DNA of 42,152 bases from an uncultured Zoogloea sp. (GTDB taxonomy: Bacteria > Pseudomonadota > Gammaproteobacteria > Burkholderiales > Rhodocyclaceae): positions 1 through 42,152 of the forward strand of contig CALMXT010000154.1 of NCBI GenBank assembly GCA_937871125.1. Direction: 5' to 3'. The first letter of the stretch is position 1; each line of letters starts with the position of its first letter. The position numbers and the translations under genes were made by a program. Of this stretch, positions 15,230 through 25,399 are shown piece after piece. The notes under the pieces are model-generated. The model saw only the letters and a program-made list of their open reading frames with translations, was not told the DNA's origin and made no database searches.

Positions 15230-18019
15230 TCAGATCGCCGCCAGCGAGACCTGACGGGTGGCGCGCAGGGTGCGCAGCATGTGGGTCATGTCGTTGGCGC
15301 CGATCGGGCGGCTGCACAGATAGCCCTGGTAGGCGTCGCAGCGCCAGCGCCGCAGCAGGGTCAGCTGGGCTTCGGTTTCGACGCCTTCGGCGATCACCTC
15401 GAGGCGCAGGGTGTGGGCCATTGCGACGATGGTCTGGGCGATGGTTGCATCGTCGGCTTCGGTGACGATGTCGTTGATGAAGGAGCGGTCGATCTTGAGG
15501 CGGTCGATCGGGAAGCGCTTGAGGTTGGAGAGGCTGGAATAGCCCGTTCCGAAATCGTCCACCGAGAGCTGGAGGCCCAGCTTCTTGCACTCGGCGAGCA
15601 GGCTGCGGGTGTGTTCCGGATTGCGCATCACCAGGCTTTCGGTGAGCTCCAGGTCGAGATAGGCGGGCGCCAGACCGCTTTGGGCGAGAGCCGACTGGAT
15701 GGTGTCGAGCAGGCCGGCATCGTCGAACTGACGGGCCGAGAGGTTGACGCCGATGGGCACGCGGCAGATGCCTTCCTGCTGCCAGACCTGATTCTGGCGG
15801 CAGGCTTCGTGGAGCACCCAGGCGCCGATGGGCACGATTAGGCCACACTCTTCGGCGATGGGGATGAATTTGTCGGGTGGAATCATGCTGCCGTCGGGCT
15901 GGCGCCAGCGGATCAGGGCTTCCATGCCGATGAGTTCGCCGGACAGGGTGTCTACCTGGGGTTGATAGAAGAGCGCGAGCTGGTTCTCTTCGACGGCATG
16001 GCGCAGGCGGTTTTCCAGTTCGAGGCGTTCGCTGTAGCGCTCGGAGAGGCCGTGATCGAAGAACTGGAAGTTGTTGCGGCCGCGTTCCTTGGCGAGGTAC
16101 ATGGCGGCGTCGGCGTTTTTGATGAGCGCCGTGCCGTCGAGGCCGTCGTGGGGGTAGAGGGCGATGCCGATGCTGAGGGTGACGGTGAATTGCCGGCCAT
16201 GCAGCTCGAACGGGCGGCTCAGGCTGGCGAGGATGCGTTCGGCCAGCTCTTCGGGCATGGAGTCTTCGTCGAGGTTGTCCAGCACCACGACGAATTCGTC
16301 GCCGCCGGTGCGGGCGACGAGATCGCCGTCGCGCACGCAGGCTCGCAGGCGTTTGGCGACGGAGAGCAGGAGTTCGTCGCCGGCATGGTGGCCGAGGGTG
16401 TCGTTGACGTACTTGAAGCGGTCCAGATCGGTGAATAGCACGGCGACGCCCCGCTGGCGGAGGCGGGCCTTGGCGATGACTTCGGCCAGATGGGTGTTGA
16501 GCAGGGTGCGGTTGGGCAGCGAGGTGAGGCTGTCGTAGTGGGCGAGATGGCGGATGCGGTGCTCTGCGTCGCGGCGCTGGGTGATGTCGGCAACGATGCC
16601 CAGATAGCCGCGTATCTGCCGGTTGCCGTCGCGGACTATGGAGAGGCTGATGTTGGCCGGGAAGATGTCGCCGTTGCGGCGGCGCAGATTGATTTCGCGG
16701 GGTTCGAGCACCCCGCTGCCGGCTTCGCTGGCGAGGGCGGCAAAGCCGCTCGCAGTGTGGGACAGGGTCCAGTGGGCGATATCGTCGGCGGTGTGGAACA
16801 GGAGTGGGGTTTGGTCGCCCACGAGTTCGTCGGCGCGGTAGCCGAACAGGCGCTCGGCGGCCGGGTTCACCACCCGGATGATGCCGTTGGCGTCGGTATA
16901 GACGATGGCGTATTCGGCACAGTCGAGGATGGCGCGCTGCAGGGTGGTGGTTTCGCGCAGCAGGTTTTCGGCGCGGGCGTGCTCGTCGACTTCGCTTTCG
17001 AGGAGCCGGTTGGTTTCGCCGAGGGCTTTTACGTATTGTTCCAAAGAGGCGTTTGCCTCGCCGAGGGCGAGGGTTTTTTCGTTCACCTGGCGGCGGATGG
17101 CATCGGCGCGGGTTTGCAGCACGTAGAGGACGAAGGCGGCCAGCGCGCCGAGCGACAGGCCGGAAAAGAGTTGGGCGCCCGCGTCCTGGCTGGGCATCAT
17201 CGGGTAGGCGAGGGGGTCGGCGGCGGCGACGACCAGCCAGTGGCGGTCGGCGATGTCCACGCCGTCGGCAAAGGACATCTCGCCGATGTGGAAGGGCGAG
17301 TCGCGGTGGACGGGTTGGGCTGGGTGGGCGGTGTCGGTCGTGTCGAGGATTTCGAGTGCCAAGGGCGGGCGCGGGCTGCGCTCGGGAGACGCCGCGAGGG
17401 ATTGGCTGAGCAGGTCCTCGACGGACACTTCGATGAAGAGCAGTTCGCCGACCGGCTCCGATGCGGTGTCGCTGCGGACGATGGGGCCGAGAATCCGGAT
17501 GGCCTTGCGCGGGCTTCCGCTGTCGGCCGCCAGGGTGTAGGGCGCGGTGGCGACGGTGCGGCGGCCCGCCTTGGCGACGTCGATGGCTTCGCGGATGGCG
17601 GCGGTGCCGGCGCCCTCCGGAGATTCCAGCGGCGGGCCGGCGTTGCGGCCGGCACTGGCGGTGAGCTGCACGGCGTCTCCGGCGATGCGGAGCGTGCCGA
17701 GATGCCGGATTTCAGGATGGTGGGCGAGGATCGGGGCGACGATGTCGGTGAAGAGGGCGTGCCGCTCATCGGCGGAGAAGGCGAGCTGTCGTCGCAGGAT
17801 GTCCGCCAGGAGGACGATGCTGTCGGCACGGTCGCGCAGGTGGGCGATCCGCTCTTCGGCCTGCGACTGAAAACGGTCGCGGGTGGCGTCCATTTCCTCG
17901 TCGACCGCTTCGTGGTAGCTCCCGAGCGTGATTACCGCAGCCACGATGAAGACAGACGCGGCCAGCCCGTAGCGGCGAAAGGCGTCGATCACCGCTGAAG
18001 GTGTCGGGCTACGGGTCAT
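15230..18019 (-). CDS. Membrane-anchored CHASE-like/PAS/GGDEF/EAL c-di-GMP enzyme
   Basis: Two TM segments flanking a periplasmic domain, PAS (NPAAERLFGY), RDGD I-site plus GGDEF, EALIRW, DDFGTGYSS, EGVE; start taken at ATG 18019 with AGGAG RBS. Confidence 0.9.
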   Translation of the reverse strand: MTRSPTPSAVIDAFRRYGLAASVFIVAAVITLGSYHEAVDEEMDATRDRFQSQAEERIAHLRDRADSIVLLADILRRQLAFSADERHALFTDIVAPILAHHPEIRHLGTLRIAGDAVQLTASAGRNAGPPLESPEGAGTAAIREAIDVAKAGRRTVATAPYTLAADSGSPRKAIRILGPIVRSDTASEPVGELLFIEVSVEDLLSQSLAASPERSPRPPLALEILDTTDTAHPAQPVHRDSPFHIGEMSFADGVDIADRHWLVVAAADPLAYPMMPSQDAGAQLFSGLSLGALAAFVLYVLQTRADAIRRQVNEKTLALGEANASLEQYVKALGETNRLLESEVDEHARAENLLRETTTLQRAILDCAEYAIVYTDANGIIRVVNPAAERLFGYRADELVGDQTPLLFHTADDIAHWTLSHTASGFAALASEAGSGVLEPREINLRRRNGDIFPANISLSIVRDGNRQIRGYLGIVADITQRRDAEHRIRHLAHYDSLTSLPNRTLLNTHLAEVIAKARLRQRGVAVLFTDLDRFKYVNDTLGHHAGDELLLSVAKRLRACVRDGDLVARTGGDEFVVVLDNLDEDSMPEELAERILASLSRPFELHGRQFTVTLSIGIALYPHDGLDGTALIKNADAAMYLAKERGRNNFQFFDHGLSERYSERLELENRLRHAVEENQLALFYQPQVDTLSGELIGMEALIRWRQPDGSMIPPDKFIPIAEECGLIVPIGAWVLHEACRQNQVWQQEGICRVPIGVNLSARQFDDAGLLDTIQSALAQSGLAPAYLDLELTESLVMRNPEHTRSLLAECKKLGLQLSVDDFGTGYSSLSNLKRFPIDRLKIDRSFINDIVTEADDATIAQTIVAMAHTLRLEVIAEGVETEAQLTLLRRWRCDAYQGYLCSRPIGANDMTHMLRTLRATRQVSLAAI

Positions 18020-18120
18020 CGGTTCTCCTGTCGGGCGGAAGTCTGGGCGTGCCGGACCGAGTCTGGCCGACATTTAACGGACGACGCCGGCGATTCTTGA
18101 GGCCCGGGGCCGGGCCGCGC

Positions 18121-19272
18121 TCAGTCGCCGAAGACTTGCCGCAGGCGTTCGGCTTCGCTTGCCGCGTCGACTTCGGAGTCGGTGAAGCGACGGGAGATGG
18201 CGTTGAATTCGTCCTGGAGTTCGAGGAAGGCGTCGAGGATGTCCGGGTCGAAGTGCGTGCCGCTGGCGGCGCGCAGGACTTCGACGGCTTCGGAATGGCT
18301 GCGGGAGGGTTTGTAGACGCGCCGGCTGATCAGGCCGTCGTAGACGTCGGCGACCGCCATCAGGCGCGCGGAAAGCGGGATGCGTTCGCCGGCCAGGCCG
18401 AGGGGGTAGCCCGTGCCATCCCATTTTTCCTGGTGGGAATAGGCGATTTCCTTGGCGAAGCGCAGAAAGCTGGAGACGCCGCCGAAGAGGGCTTCGGCCC
18501 GGTTGATGGCGTCGCGCCCGAGGGTGGTGTGGGTTTTCATGATCTCGCACTCGGCGGGGTTGAGTTTGCCGGGTTTGAGCAGGATGCGGTCGGGGATGGC
18601 GACTTTGCCGATGTCGTGGAGCGGGGCCGATTTGTACATCAGGTCGATGTTCTCGTCGCTGAGCTGAGCGGCGAAGCGCGGGTGGTTCTGCAGATGTCGG
18701 GCGAGGGCGCGCAGGTACATCTGGGTGCGGCGGATGTGATTGCCGGTTTCGTTGTCGCGGGTTTCGGCGAGGGAGGCCATGGCGACGATGGTGGCGTCCT
18801 GGATCAGCGAGAGTTCGCGGGTGCGCCGCCGGACTTCCTGTTCGAGATAGCTGTTGCGGTCGCGCAGGAAATCGCTGGCCGCCTTGAGGGCGAGGTGGTT
18901 ACGGATGCGGGTCAGCACCAGGGGCGGGCTGATGGGCTTGGCGATGTAGTCGACGGCGCCGGCATCGAAGCCGAGCTGCTCGTCCAGCTCGTCGTTGCGG
19001 CTGGTCAGGAAGATCACCGGGATGCTGGCGGTCACCGGGTTGTTCATGAGCTGCCGGCAGACTTCGTAGCCGTCGATGTCGGGCATCGTGACGTCGAGAA
19101 GGATCAGATCGGGCACCGGCGTGCTGCTGGCGAGCCGCAGGGCGCGTTCGCCGTTGGTGGCGATGCGGGTGCGGAAGTCGGCATGGTGCAGGCAGTCGAC
19201 GATGGGTTCGATGGACTCCGGCGCGTCATCGACGACGAGGATGAGCGGGCGGTGGCTGTCGATGGAATGCAT
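18121..19272 (-). CDS. REC + HD-GYP response regulator (RpfG-like c-di-GMP phosphodiesterase)
   Basis: ILVVDD, LILLDVTMP, DYIAKP; ETGNHIRR, LHDIGK, HQEKWDGTGYP, AVADVYD. Confidence 0.92.
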   Translation of the reverse strand: MHSIDSHRPLILVVDDAPESIEPIVDCLHHADFRTRIATNGERALRLASSTPVPDLILLDVTMPDIDGYEVCRQLMNNPVTASIPVIFLTSRNDELDEQLGFDAGAVDYIAKPISPPLVLTRIRNHLALKAASDFLRDRNSYLEQEVRRRTRELSLIQDATIVAMASLAETRDNETGNHIRRTQMYLRALARHLQNHPRFAAQLSDENIDLMYKSAPLHDIGKVAIPDRILLKPGKLNPAECEIMKTHTTLGRDAINRAEALFGGVSSFLRFAKEIAYSHQEKWDGTGYPLGLAGERIPLSARLMAVADVYDGLISRRVYKPSRSHSEAVEVLRAASGTHFDPDILDAFLELQDEFNAISRRFTDSEVDAASEAERLRQVFGD

Positions 19273-22200
19273 CAGGTGGGGTCTCCGGGCCGCGCGGTGC
19301 GCCCTGGGTCAAGTGCTCGGTTCAGATAAGTTAGGGCGTCATCATAATCGTAGCGTAGCAAGGCATCTCCGATTTGGGTGCATATTTTTGATCCGATATG
19401 GGTAGCGAGGGTGGCGCGGAGCTGACGGAAGGCGCTCGGAGCGGCTCCGTCGGCACTTCGGACCAGCGCTACCAGACGGGCGAGGGCCGCGTCGAACTCG
19501 GCGGGCGAGAGTGTGGCGGCGGGCTCTTCCGTTTCGGGGGGCGCGGGGGGAAGGGCGTTTTCGAGCATGCCGACGAGGGCCGCGAGTTCGGCCGCGAGGG
19601 GCGCGACGAGGCGGCGCGCAGCGCTGGGGGCGGCGCCGGCGGCGAGCGCCGATTCGAGCGCGGCGGCGGTTTCGCTCAGGGGTTTGGCACCCAGGCTGGC
19701 GGCCGTTCCGCGCAGGGTATGGGTGAGTCTTTCCGCGTCGGCGGATCGGCCGGCGGTCAGCGCGGCATCGATGCGCGCGGCGCAGTCGGCCTGGGAGGCG
19801 ACGAAGCGGCGCAGCAATGAGAGGTAGAAATCCGGTTTGTTGTTGGCGCGGCGCAGCGCATTGACGACATCGAGCCCGGGTAGTTCAGGCAGCGTGCCGA
19901 TGCCATTCGTGTGCTTTACGTGGCGGAGTATGGTTTCGAACAGGATTTCGGGGACGATGGGTTTGGCGACGTGGTCGTTCATGCCGGTATCGAGGCAGCG
20001 CTGGCGTTCTTCGGCAAGGGCGTGGGCGGTGATCGCGATGATGGGCAGGTCGGCGAAACGGTTGTCCTGGCGAATCAGGGTGGTGGCTTCGAAACCGTCC
20101 ATCTCGGGCATCCGGAGGTCCATCAGCACGATGTCGAAGGCGTGCGGTCCGGCCAGTCGCAGGGTGTCCACGGCGACGCGGCCGTTGTCGGCCATGTGCA
20201 CGACGGCGCCGCGATGTTCGAGGAGGCCACAGGCGATCTGCCGGTTGATGGCGTTGTCCTCGACGACGAGGACGCGCAGCCCGGTGAGCTGGGGCGATGG
20301 CACTAGGGGCGCCGGGGCCCGGCGCGGGGGTTCTTGGGCGGCGACCTGGGCTGCAACCGGCGTTGCGATGGGGGCGACGACGGGCGGGCATGCATCCGGC
20401 CGGGCGCTGGTGGCCAGTTCGAAGAAGACGCTGAAGCCGAAGCGGCTGCCGGCACCGGGGGCGCTGTCCACGTGGAAGGGACCGCCGCCCATCAGCTCGA
20501 CCAGGTGGCGGGCGATGGACAGTCCGAGGCCGGTGCCGCCATAGCGGCGTGTCGTCGAGTTGTCGGCCTGGGCGAAGGCGTCGAACAGCGCGTCCATCTG
20601 GGCGGCGTCCATGCCGATGCCGGTGTCGCAGACCTCGAAATGAAGGCTGGCCTGGCCGGCCGGGGCCGCCGCGTCCGGTGCGTCGATCTGCAGCCGGACT
20701 TCGCCCCGCTCGGTGAATTTGACCGCGTTGGAGAGCAGATTGGTGAGCACCTGGCCGAGACGGAGCGGGTCGCCGACAAGGCGCCGGGGTACGTCCGGTT
20801 TGATGTCCACGTGCAGTTCGAGGCCCTTTTCGCGGGCTTTCTGGGCGACGAAGGTGGTGACGTTGTCGAGCACGCGGTCGAGGTCGAAGGGGGTTTTTTC
20901 GGGGTGGAGCTTGCCGGCTTCGATCTTGGAGAAGTCGAGGATGTTGTTCACGACTCCGAGCAGGGTTGCCCCGGCGGCCTGGATCTTGGTGACGTAGTCG
21001 TGCTGGCGGGCGTCGAGGCCGCTGTTTCGGCACAGTTCGGCGAGGCCGATGATGGCGTTGAGCGGGGTGCGGATTTCGTGGCTCATGTTGGCCAGAAAGC
21101 GGCTGCCGGATTCGGCGGCGTCTTCGGCGACGCGTTTTGCGTCGCGCAGGGTTTGCAGCGCCTGACGGTGCATGGAGAGGTCTTCGAGCACCCACACGCA
21201 GTGCGTGATGCCGCTGTCGTTCTCGCTCCCGGTGTCGGTCAGGCCGCTCACCGAGACGCCGACCCACAGGGGCTCGCCGTCGCGGCGGCGGAGCTGGCAT
21301 TCGCGCCGCCAGATGTCGCCGGTGCCGGGAGGCTGCCATTTGCTGGAGTGGAAGTCGCAGGGGCGGCCGGCGGCGTCGAGGAGTTCGGGTCGGGTGCCGG
21401 CAAGTTCTTCGGGGCGGCGGCCGGTTTCCTGGCAGAAGCGCGGGTTGGCGTATTGGATGGTGCCGTCGGGAAGGGTGATGACGAGCATCGAGGGACTTTG
21501 TTCGACGGCCAGCGAGAGCTTGCGCAGTTCCTGCTCGGCGACCTTGCGGCGGGTGATGTCGTAACCCCAGCCGATCAGTGCCGGGCTGCCCTGGAACGCG
21601 ATCTTTTCAAGGGTGACCAGCGCCCACAGGCTGCTGCCGTTGGTGTGGCGGAATTCGACTTCCTGGTCGCGGATCGGTTTGCCAGCGCGGGTGTCGGCGA
21701 CGACCGATTCGACCACCTCATGGCTGCGGAACCAACTCGTTACCGGATGCTGCAGGAAGTCCGCCAGATCGGTGCCGACCAGCTCGGGCGCGCGGCTGTT
21801 GACGAACAGGGGCCGGCCGCCCGGCCGGTTGATGACGACCGCGATGGGGCTCGATTCGAGGATGCGGCGAATCCATTCTTCGGCGGCGCGGGCTTCGCGC
21901 TCGGCCGCTTTCTGGGGCGTGATGTCCACCAGGGCGCCGAGGATGCCGCCGGGTTCGCCGTCGGTGCGGCGGAAGCTGCGGGCCCAGTAGAGCGTGTCGT
22001 GTTCGCGGCCGTCGGCGAAAGGCAGACGGATTTCCTTGTGCAGGCTGCCGTTGCTGGCGATGGTGTGGAGATCGGCGGCGTGGTGGGCACGGCGCAGGTC
22101 GTCCGGTGCGAAGGGGAGTTCGAGCACGGTCTTGCCGACGAGGAAATCCCGGTGGGTGCCGAAGGCTTCTTCGAAGGCCCGGTTGCAGCCGAGGTAGCGG

Positions 22201-23528
22201 GCGTCCGGACCTTTGTAGAAAACCGGATTGGGCAGCACGTCGAGGAGCTCCTGGACGAACAGCAACTGGTCGGCGAGGGCGCGGCCCTGGTCGGCCAGCT
22301 GGTGTGTGCGCTGGCTGACTTTTTCTTCGAGTTCGGCCTGGTTGAAGGACAGGGCATGGGTGGCATCGCTCAGGTGCTTGCGCATGCGCTCCTGGGAGTC
22401 GGCCAGTTCGGCGATCTCACGCCAGGGGGCGTTGAGCGGTTCGGCGGGGGCGAGGTCGAGGCGTCCGATGCGCTCGCTGCGCTCGACGAGGGCCGCCAGC
22501 GCGGCTTCGATGCGCTGGGCGAGCCGTCGGGCGAGGCCTGCGGTGGCGGCGGCGCTGAGGGCAATGAGCAGCACGAGCACCGGGGCGAGGTCTCGGAGAT
22601 GGGTGGGGATCAGATCGTCGCTGCGGGCGAAGCGGCCGACCCACCACCGTTGCTCGCCCAGTTGCAGCGGGGCGAATTGGGCGAACCAGGCGGTGCCCGC
22701 ATTCTCGAATGCCAGCATTCCGCCGTTTCTGTCGCCTGCCGAGAGCCAGCGGGCGTAGCCGTGGGCAACGAAGTCCACGTCGATCTGTCCGGCCGGTTTG
22801 AGCAGGGCGCTGCGCCGCGCGTCGAGATCGGCGAATTGCGCAAGCTGCGGCAAACCGACGACGGCTCCGTCATCGGTGATGAGAACGCTGCCACCGGCGG
22901 TGCCGACCGCACTGTCGACGGCGAGCTGCGGGAGGTCGGCAAGCCGGATGTCGAAGGCAAGGATGCGCGCAGGGCGGCCGGCGTCGTGCCAGCGGGCGAA
23001 TACGCTGACGACGCCCTCGCCGCTGGCGGCCAGCCGGTAGGGCGCCGTCCATCCGACGTTGTCGCCGGCCGCCGAGTCCAGCGCGGCGGTGAACCAGGGG
23101 CGCGAGGCCGAGGTTTTGACGGGGTCGTCGTGATGCGCGTCGCCGCCGCCCGCCTCCAGGGTCAGGCCTCGACCGTCGGTGTCGGCCAGGTGGATGGCGG
23201 CGATCTGTGCATCGCCGGCGAGCAAGGGGGCCAGCAGTGCGGTGAAGCCGGCTGCGTCATCGACGCTGAGTTGCCGGGCTTCGCTCCAGGCGCGCGCCGT
23301 GCGCAGTTGCGTTTCGATGCGTTGGAAGTTGCGTTCGGCTTCGGAGCGGATCTGGGTGACGGCGAGATCGAGCCGGGTCCGCGCGAGGGCTTGGGAGGTC
23401 GGAACGACGATGAGGAACTGGATGGTACCGCCAAACACCAGCAGTCCGGCAAGGAAGGCCGCCGACATCCGCCACAGCAGGCTGCGGACCAGGCGGGGCG
23501 GTGTGGCGGCGCGGCTTGCGGTGGCCAT
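19272..23528 (-). CDS. Hybrid sensor histidine kinase (Cache-like, HAMP, three PAS, HisKA, HATPase, REC, HPt)
   Basis: FLANMSHEIRTPLN H-box, NLLSNAVKFT, DTGIG, GGTGLGL, VLMDLRMPEMDG, HPt HTLRGTAASLGA; 1-nt TGATG overlap with the downstream regulator. Confidence 0.92.
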   Translation of the reverse strand: MATASRAATPPRLVRSLLWRMSAAFLAGLLVFGGTIQFLIVVPTSQALARTRLDLAVTQIRSEAERNFQRIETQLRTARAWSEARQLSVDDAAGFTALLAPLLAGDAQIAAIHLADTDGRGLTLEAGGGDAHHDDPVKTSASRPWFTAALDSAAGDNVGWTAPYRLAASGEGVVSVFARWHDAGRPARILAFDIRLADLPQLAVDSAVGTAGGSVLITDDGAVVGLPQLAQFADLDARRSALLKPAGQIDVDFVAHGYARWLSAGDRNGGMLAFENAGTAWFAQFAPLQLGEQRWWVGRFARSDDLIPTHLRDLAPVLVLLIALSAAATAGLARRLAQRIEAALAALVERSERIGRLDLAPAEPLNAPWREIAELADSQERMRKHLSDATHALSFNQAELEEKVSQRTHQLADQGRALADQLLFVQELLDVLPNPVFYKGPDARYLGCNRAFEEAFGTHRDFLVGKTVLELPFAPDDLRRAHHAADLHTIASNGSLHKEIRLPFADGREHDTLYWARSFRRTDGEPGGILGALVDITPQKAAEREARAAEEWIRRILESSPIAVVINRPGGRPLFVNSRAPELVGTDLADFLQHPVTSWFRSHEVVESVVADTRAGKPIRDQEVEFRHTNGSSLWALVTLEKIAFQGSPALIGWGYDITRRKVAEQELRKLSLAVEQSPSMLVITLPDGTIQYANPRFCQETGRRPEELAGTRPELLDAAGRPCDFHSSKWQPPGTGDIWRRECQLRRRDGEPLWVGVSVSGLTDTGSENDSGITHCVWVLEDLSMHRQALQTLRDAKRVAEDAAESGSRFLANMSHEIRTPLNAIIGLAELCRNSGLDARQHDYVTKIQAAGATLLGVVNNILDFSKIEAGKLHPEKTPFDLDRVLDNVTTFVAQKAREKGLELHVDIKPDVPRRLVGDPLRLGQVLTNLLSNAVKFTERGEVRLQIDAPDAAAPAGQASLHFEVCDTGIGMDAAQMDALFDAFAQADNSTTRRYGGTGLGLSIARHLVELMGGGPFHVDSAPGAGSRFGFSVFFELATSARPDACPPVVAPIATPVAAQVAAQEPPRRAPAPLVPSPQLTGLRVLVVEDNAINRQIACGLLEHRGAVVHMADNGRVAVDTLRLAGPHAFDIVLMDLRMPEMDGFEATTLIRQDNRFADLPIIAITAHALAEERQRCLDTGMNDHVAKPIVPEILFETILRHVKHTNGIGTLPELPGLDVVNALRRANNKPDFYLSLLRRFVASQADCAARIDAALTAGRSADAERLTHTLRGTAASLGAKPLSETAAALESALAAGAAPSAARRLVAPLAAELAALVGMLENALPPAPPETEEPAATLSPAEFDAALARLVALVRSADGAAPSAFRQLRATLATHIGSKICTQIGDALLRYDYDDALTYLNRALDPGRTARPGDPT

Positions 23529-23538
23529 CGTGCCGGGT

Positions 23539-24198
23539 TCAGCTTTTGTCGGAGGCGGCGGGCCGTGCCTGGCCGTAGGTTTTGAAGAGGGCCATCACTT
23601 CGCTCATTTCGGCTGCGGTGAGGAGGGTCGGTTCGCCGATCTGGCAAGCGCGCCAGTATTGTTCGCACAGGCCTTCGAATTCGACGGCGAGGGCCAGGGT
23701 GCGGCGCAGGTCGCTGCCGAAAACGATCATGCCGTGGTTGGCGAGAAGGCAGGCGTTGCGGCCGTCCAGGGCTTCGATGGCGCCGTCGGAGAGCGCCTGG
23801 GTTCCGAAGGTGGCGTAGGGCGCGCAGCGGATGTCGTCGCCGCCGAAGCGGGCCACCATGTAATGGAAGGCGGGAATGGGCTTGCGGTGGCAGGCGAGGG
23901 CGGTGGCAAAGGGGGCGTGGCTGTGAAGCACCGCGCAGGCTTCGGGATGGGCGGCGAGGATGTCCCGGTGGATGCGCCATTCGGACGAGGGCGCGTAGGG
24001 CCCCCGCCAACTGCCGTCCATCGCGACAAGGGCCATGTCGTCAGGGGTGCAGTCTTCGTAAGCCATGCCGCTCGGGGTGATCAGGAAGCCCCGCGAACAG
24101 CGCACGCTGGCATTGCCGGCGGTGCCGGTGTTGAGGCCGCAGTTGGCCATGGCTTTTGCGGTGGCCAGCAGGCCAGCGCGCAGGACGTTCTCGTTCAT
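23539..24198 (-). CDS. Class II aldolase/adducin family protein; likely methylthioribulose-/5-deoxyribulose-1-phosphate aldolase (Ald2-type)
   Basis: GTAGNASVR, LITPSG, PSSEWRIH, VLHSHA, LLANHG; directly downstream of mtnA. Confidence 0.85.
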   Translation of the reverse strand: MNENVLRAGLLATAKAMANCGLNTGTAGNASVRCSRGFLITPSGMAYEDCTPDDMALVAMDGSWRGPYAPSSEWRIHRDILAAHPEACAVLHSHAPFATALACHRKPIPAFHYMVARFGGDDIRCAPYATFGTQALSDGAIEALDGRNACLLANHGMIVFGSDLRRTLALAVEFEGLCEQYWRACQIGEPTLLTAAEMSEVMALFKTYGQARPAASDKS

Positions 24199-24219
24199 CG
24201 TCGAAGCTCCTGAGTCGTT

Positions 24220-25275
24220 TCAGCGGTCGGCCACGGTGGCGAGGGCATCGGCGGGAATCACGCCGAACTCGCAAATTATGCCAGCGAGAAGTCGCGCCGG
24301 CGTGACGTCGAAGGCCGGGTTGCAGGCGCGGGTGGCATGGCCGGCGATGCGGACGCGGGCCGGTGCGCCGTCGTCGTCCAGGCCGGCGATCAGGCGGACT
24401 TCGTCGGCGCTGCGCTCTTCGATGGGGATGGCGGCACCGTCGGGGCAGCCGAAATCGAGGGTGGAGCGGGGCGCGGCGACATAGAAGGGGACGTCGTGGG
24501 CGTGGGCGGCGAGCGCCTTGAGGTAGGTGCCGACCTTGTTGGCGGTGTCGCCGTTGGCCGCGATCCGGTCGGCGCCGACGATCGCGGCGTCGACGCGCCC
24601 TTCGGCCATCAGCCAGCCGGCGGCGTTGTCGGCCACGAGGGTGTGGGCTACGCCGGCGCGGGCCAGTTCCCAGGCGGTGAGCAGACCCTGGTTGCGCGGA
24701 CGGGTTTCGCTGACCCACACGTGCAGCGCGATGCCCGCTTCGTGGGCGGCGTAGATCGGGGCGAGCGCGGTGCCGTGGCCGCAGGTGGCGAGCCAGCCGG
24801 CGTTGCAGTGGGTCATCAGTTGCAGCGGCCGGCGCTTGCGGTCGCTCATGGCTTGGAGCAGGCCGAGACCGTGCTGGCCGATGGCGGCATTGGCGGCGGC
24901 ATCGCCGGCCCGGATCGCCTCGGCGGCGGCCCAGGCGGCGCTGCACCGCTCGGCCGGCGGGAGGGCAAGCAGCGCGGCCTGCATGCGGTCCAGCGCCCAG
25001 TGCAGGTTGACGGCGGTGGGACGGGTGGCGCGCAGACAGGCGTCGGCGCTCTGGAGGGCGCGGTCGGAGGGGTCGTCGCGCAGGGCCAGGGCAATGCCGT
25101 AGGCCGCGGTGGCGCCGATCAAGGGGGCGCCGCGCACCTGCATGTTGCGAATGGCGTCGGCGGCGTCGCCAAGGGTGTCGAGGCGGACGAAGATTTCCTG
25201 CCAGGGCAGGCGGGTCTGGTCGAGGATGACGACTTGGTCGCCATCGCGGCGCAGGGTGGGGCAGTGGTCGGACAC
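24220..25275 (-). CDS. mtnA: S-methyl-5-thioribose-1-phosphate isomerase
   Basis: ILDQTRLP, MQVRGAPLIG, TRPTAVNL, THCNAGWLAT, ETRPRNQG, VGADRIAANGDTANKVGTY, NPAFDVTP; start estimated at GTG 25275. Confidence 0.92.
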   Translation of the reverse strand: MSDHCPTLRRDGDQVVILDQTRLPWQEIFVRLDTLGDAADAIRNMQVRGAPLIGATAAYGIALALRDDPSDRALQSADACLRATRPTAVNLHWALDRMQAALLALPPAERCSAAWAAAEAIRAGDAAANAAIGQHGLGLLQAMSDRKRRPLQLMTHCNAGWLATCGHGTALAPIYAAHEAGIALHVWVSETRPRNQGLLTAWELARAGVAHTLVADNAAGWLMAEGRVDAAIVGADRIAANGDTANKVGTYLKALAAHAHDVPFYVAAPRSTLDFGCPDGAAIPIEERSADEVRLIAGLDDDGAPARVRIAGHATRACNPAFDVTPARLLAGIICEFGVIPADALATVADR

Positions 25276-25399
25276 GGTTTGCTCACAGGTTCGGGCGGGT
25301 CGAGGCGTGATTGTATCGGGGCCGGCTGGCCGTCGCTGGGTGCTGGCCGCCGGGAACGGCATCTGCCAGAATCGCGCGGCCTGCCTTCGAGTGATCGCC

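Noticed and set aside
20334-23585. Very long antisense ORFs (1083 aa here; also 1120-3174, 3995-6433, 6860-9394, 24337-26016, 28320-30044)
   Set aside because: They mirror well-supported genes on the opposite strand and have no recognisable motifs; such shadow ORFs are expected in high-GC DNA.
23539-24198. L-fuculose-phosphate aldolase of fucose catabolism
   Set aside because: No fucose isomerase, kinase or permease is nearby; adjacency to mtnA favours a salvage role.
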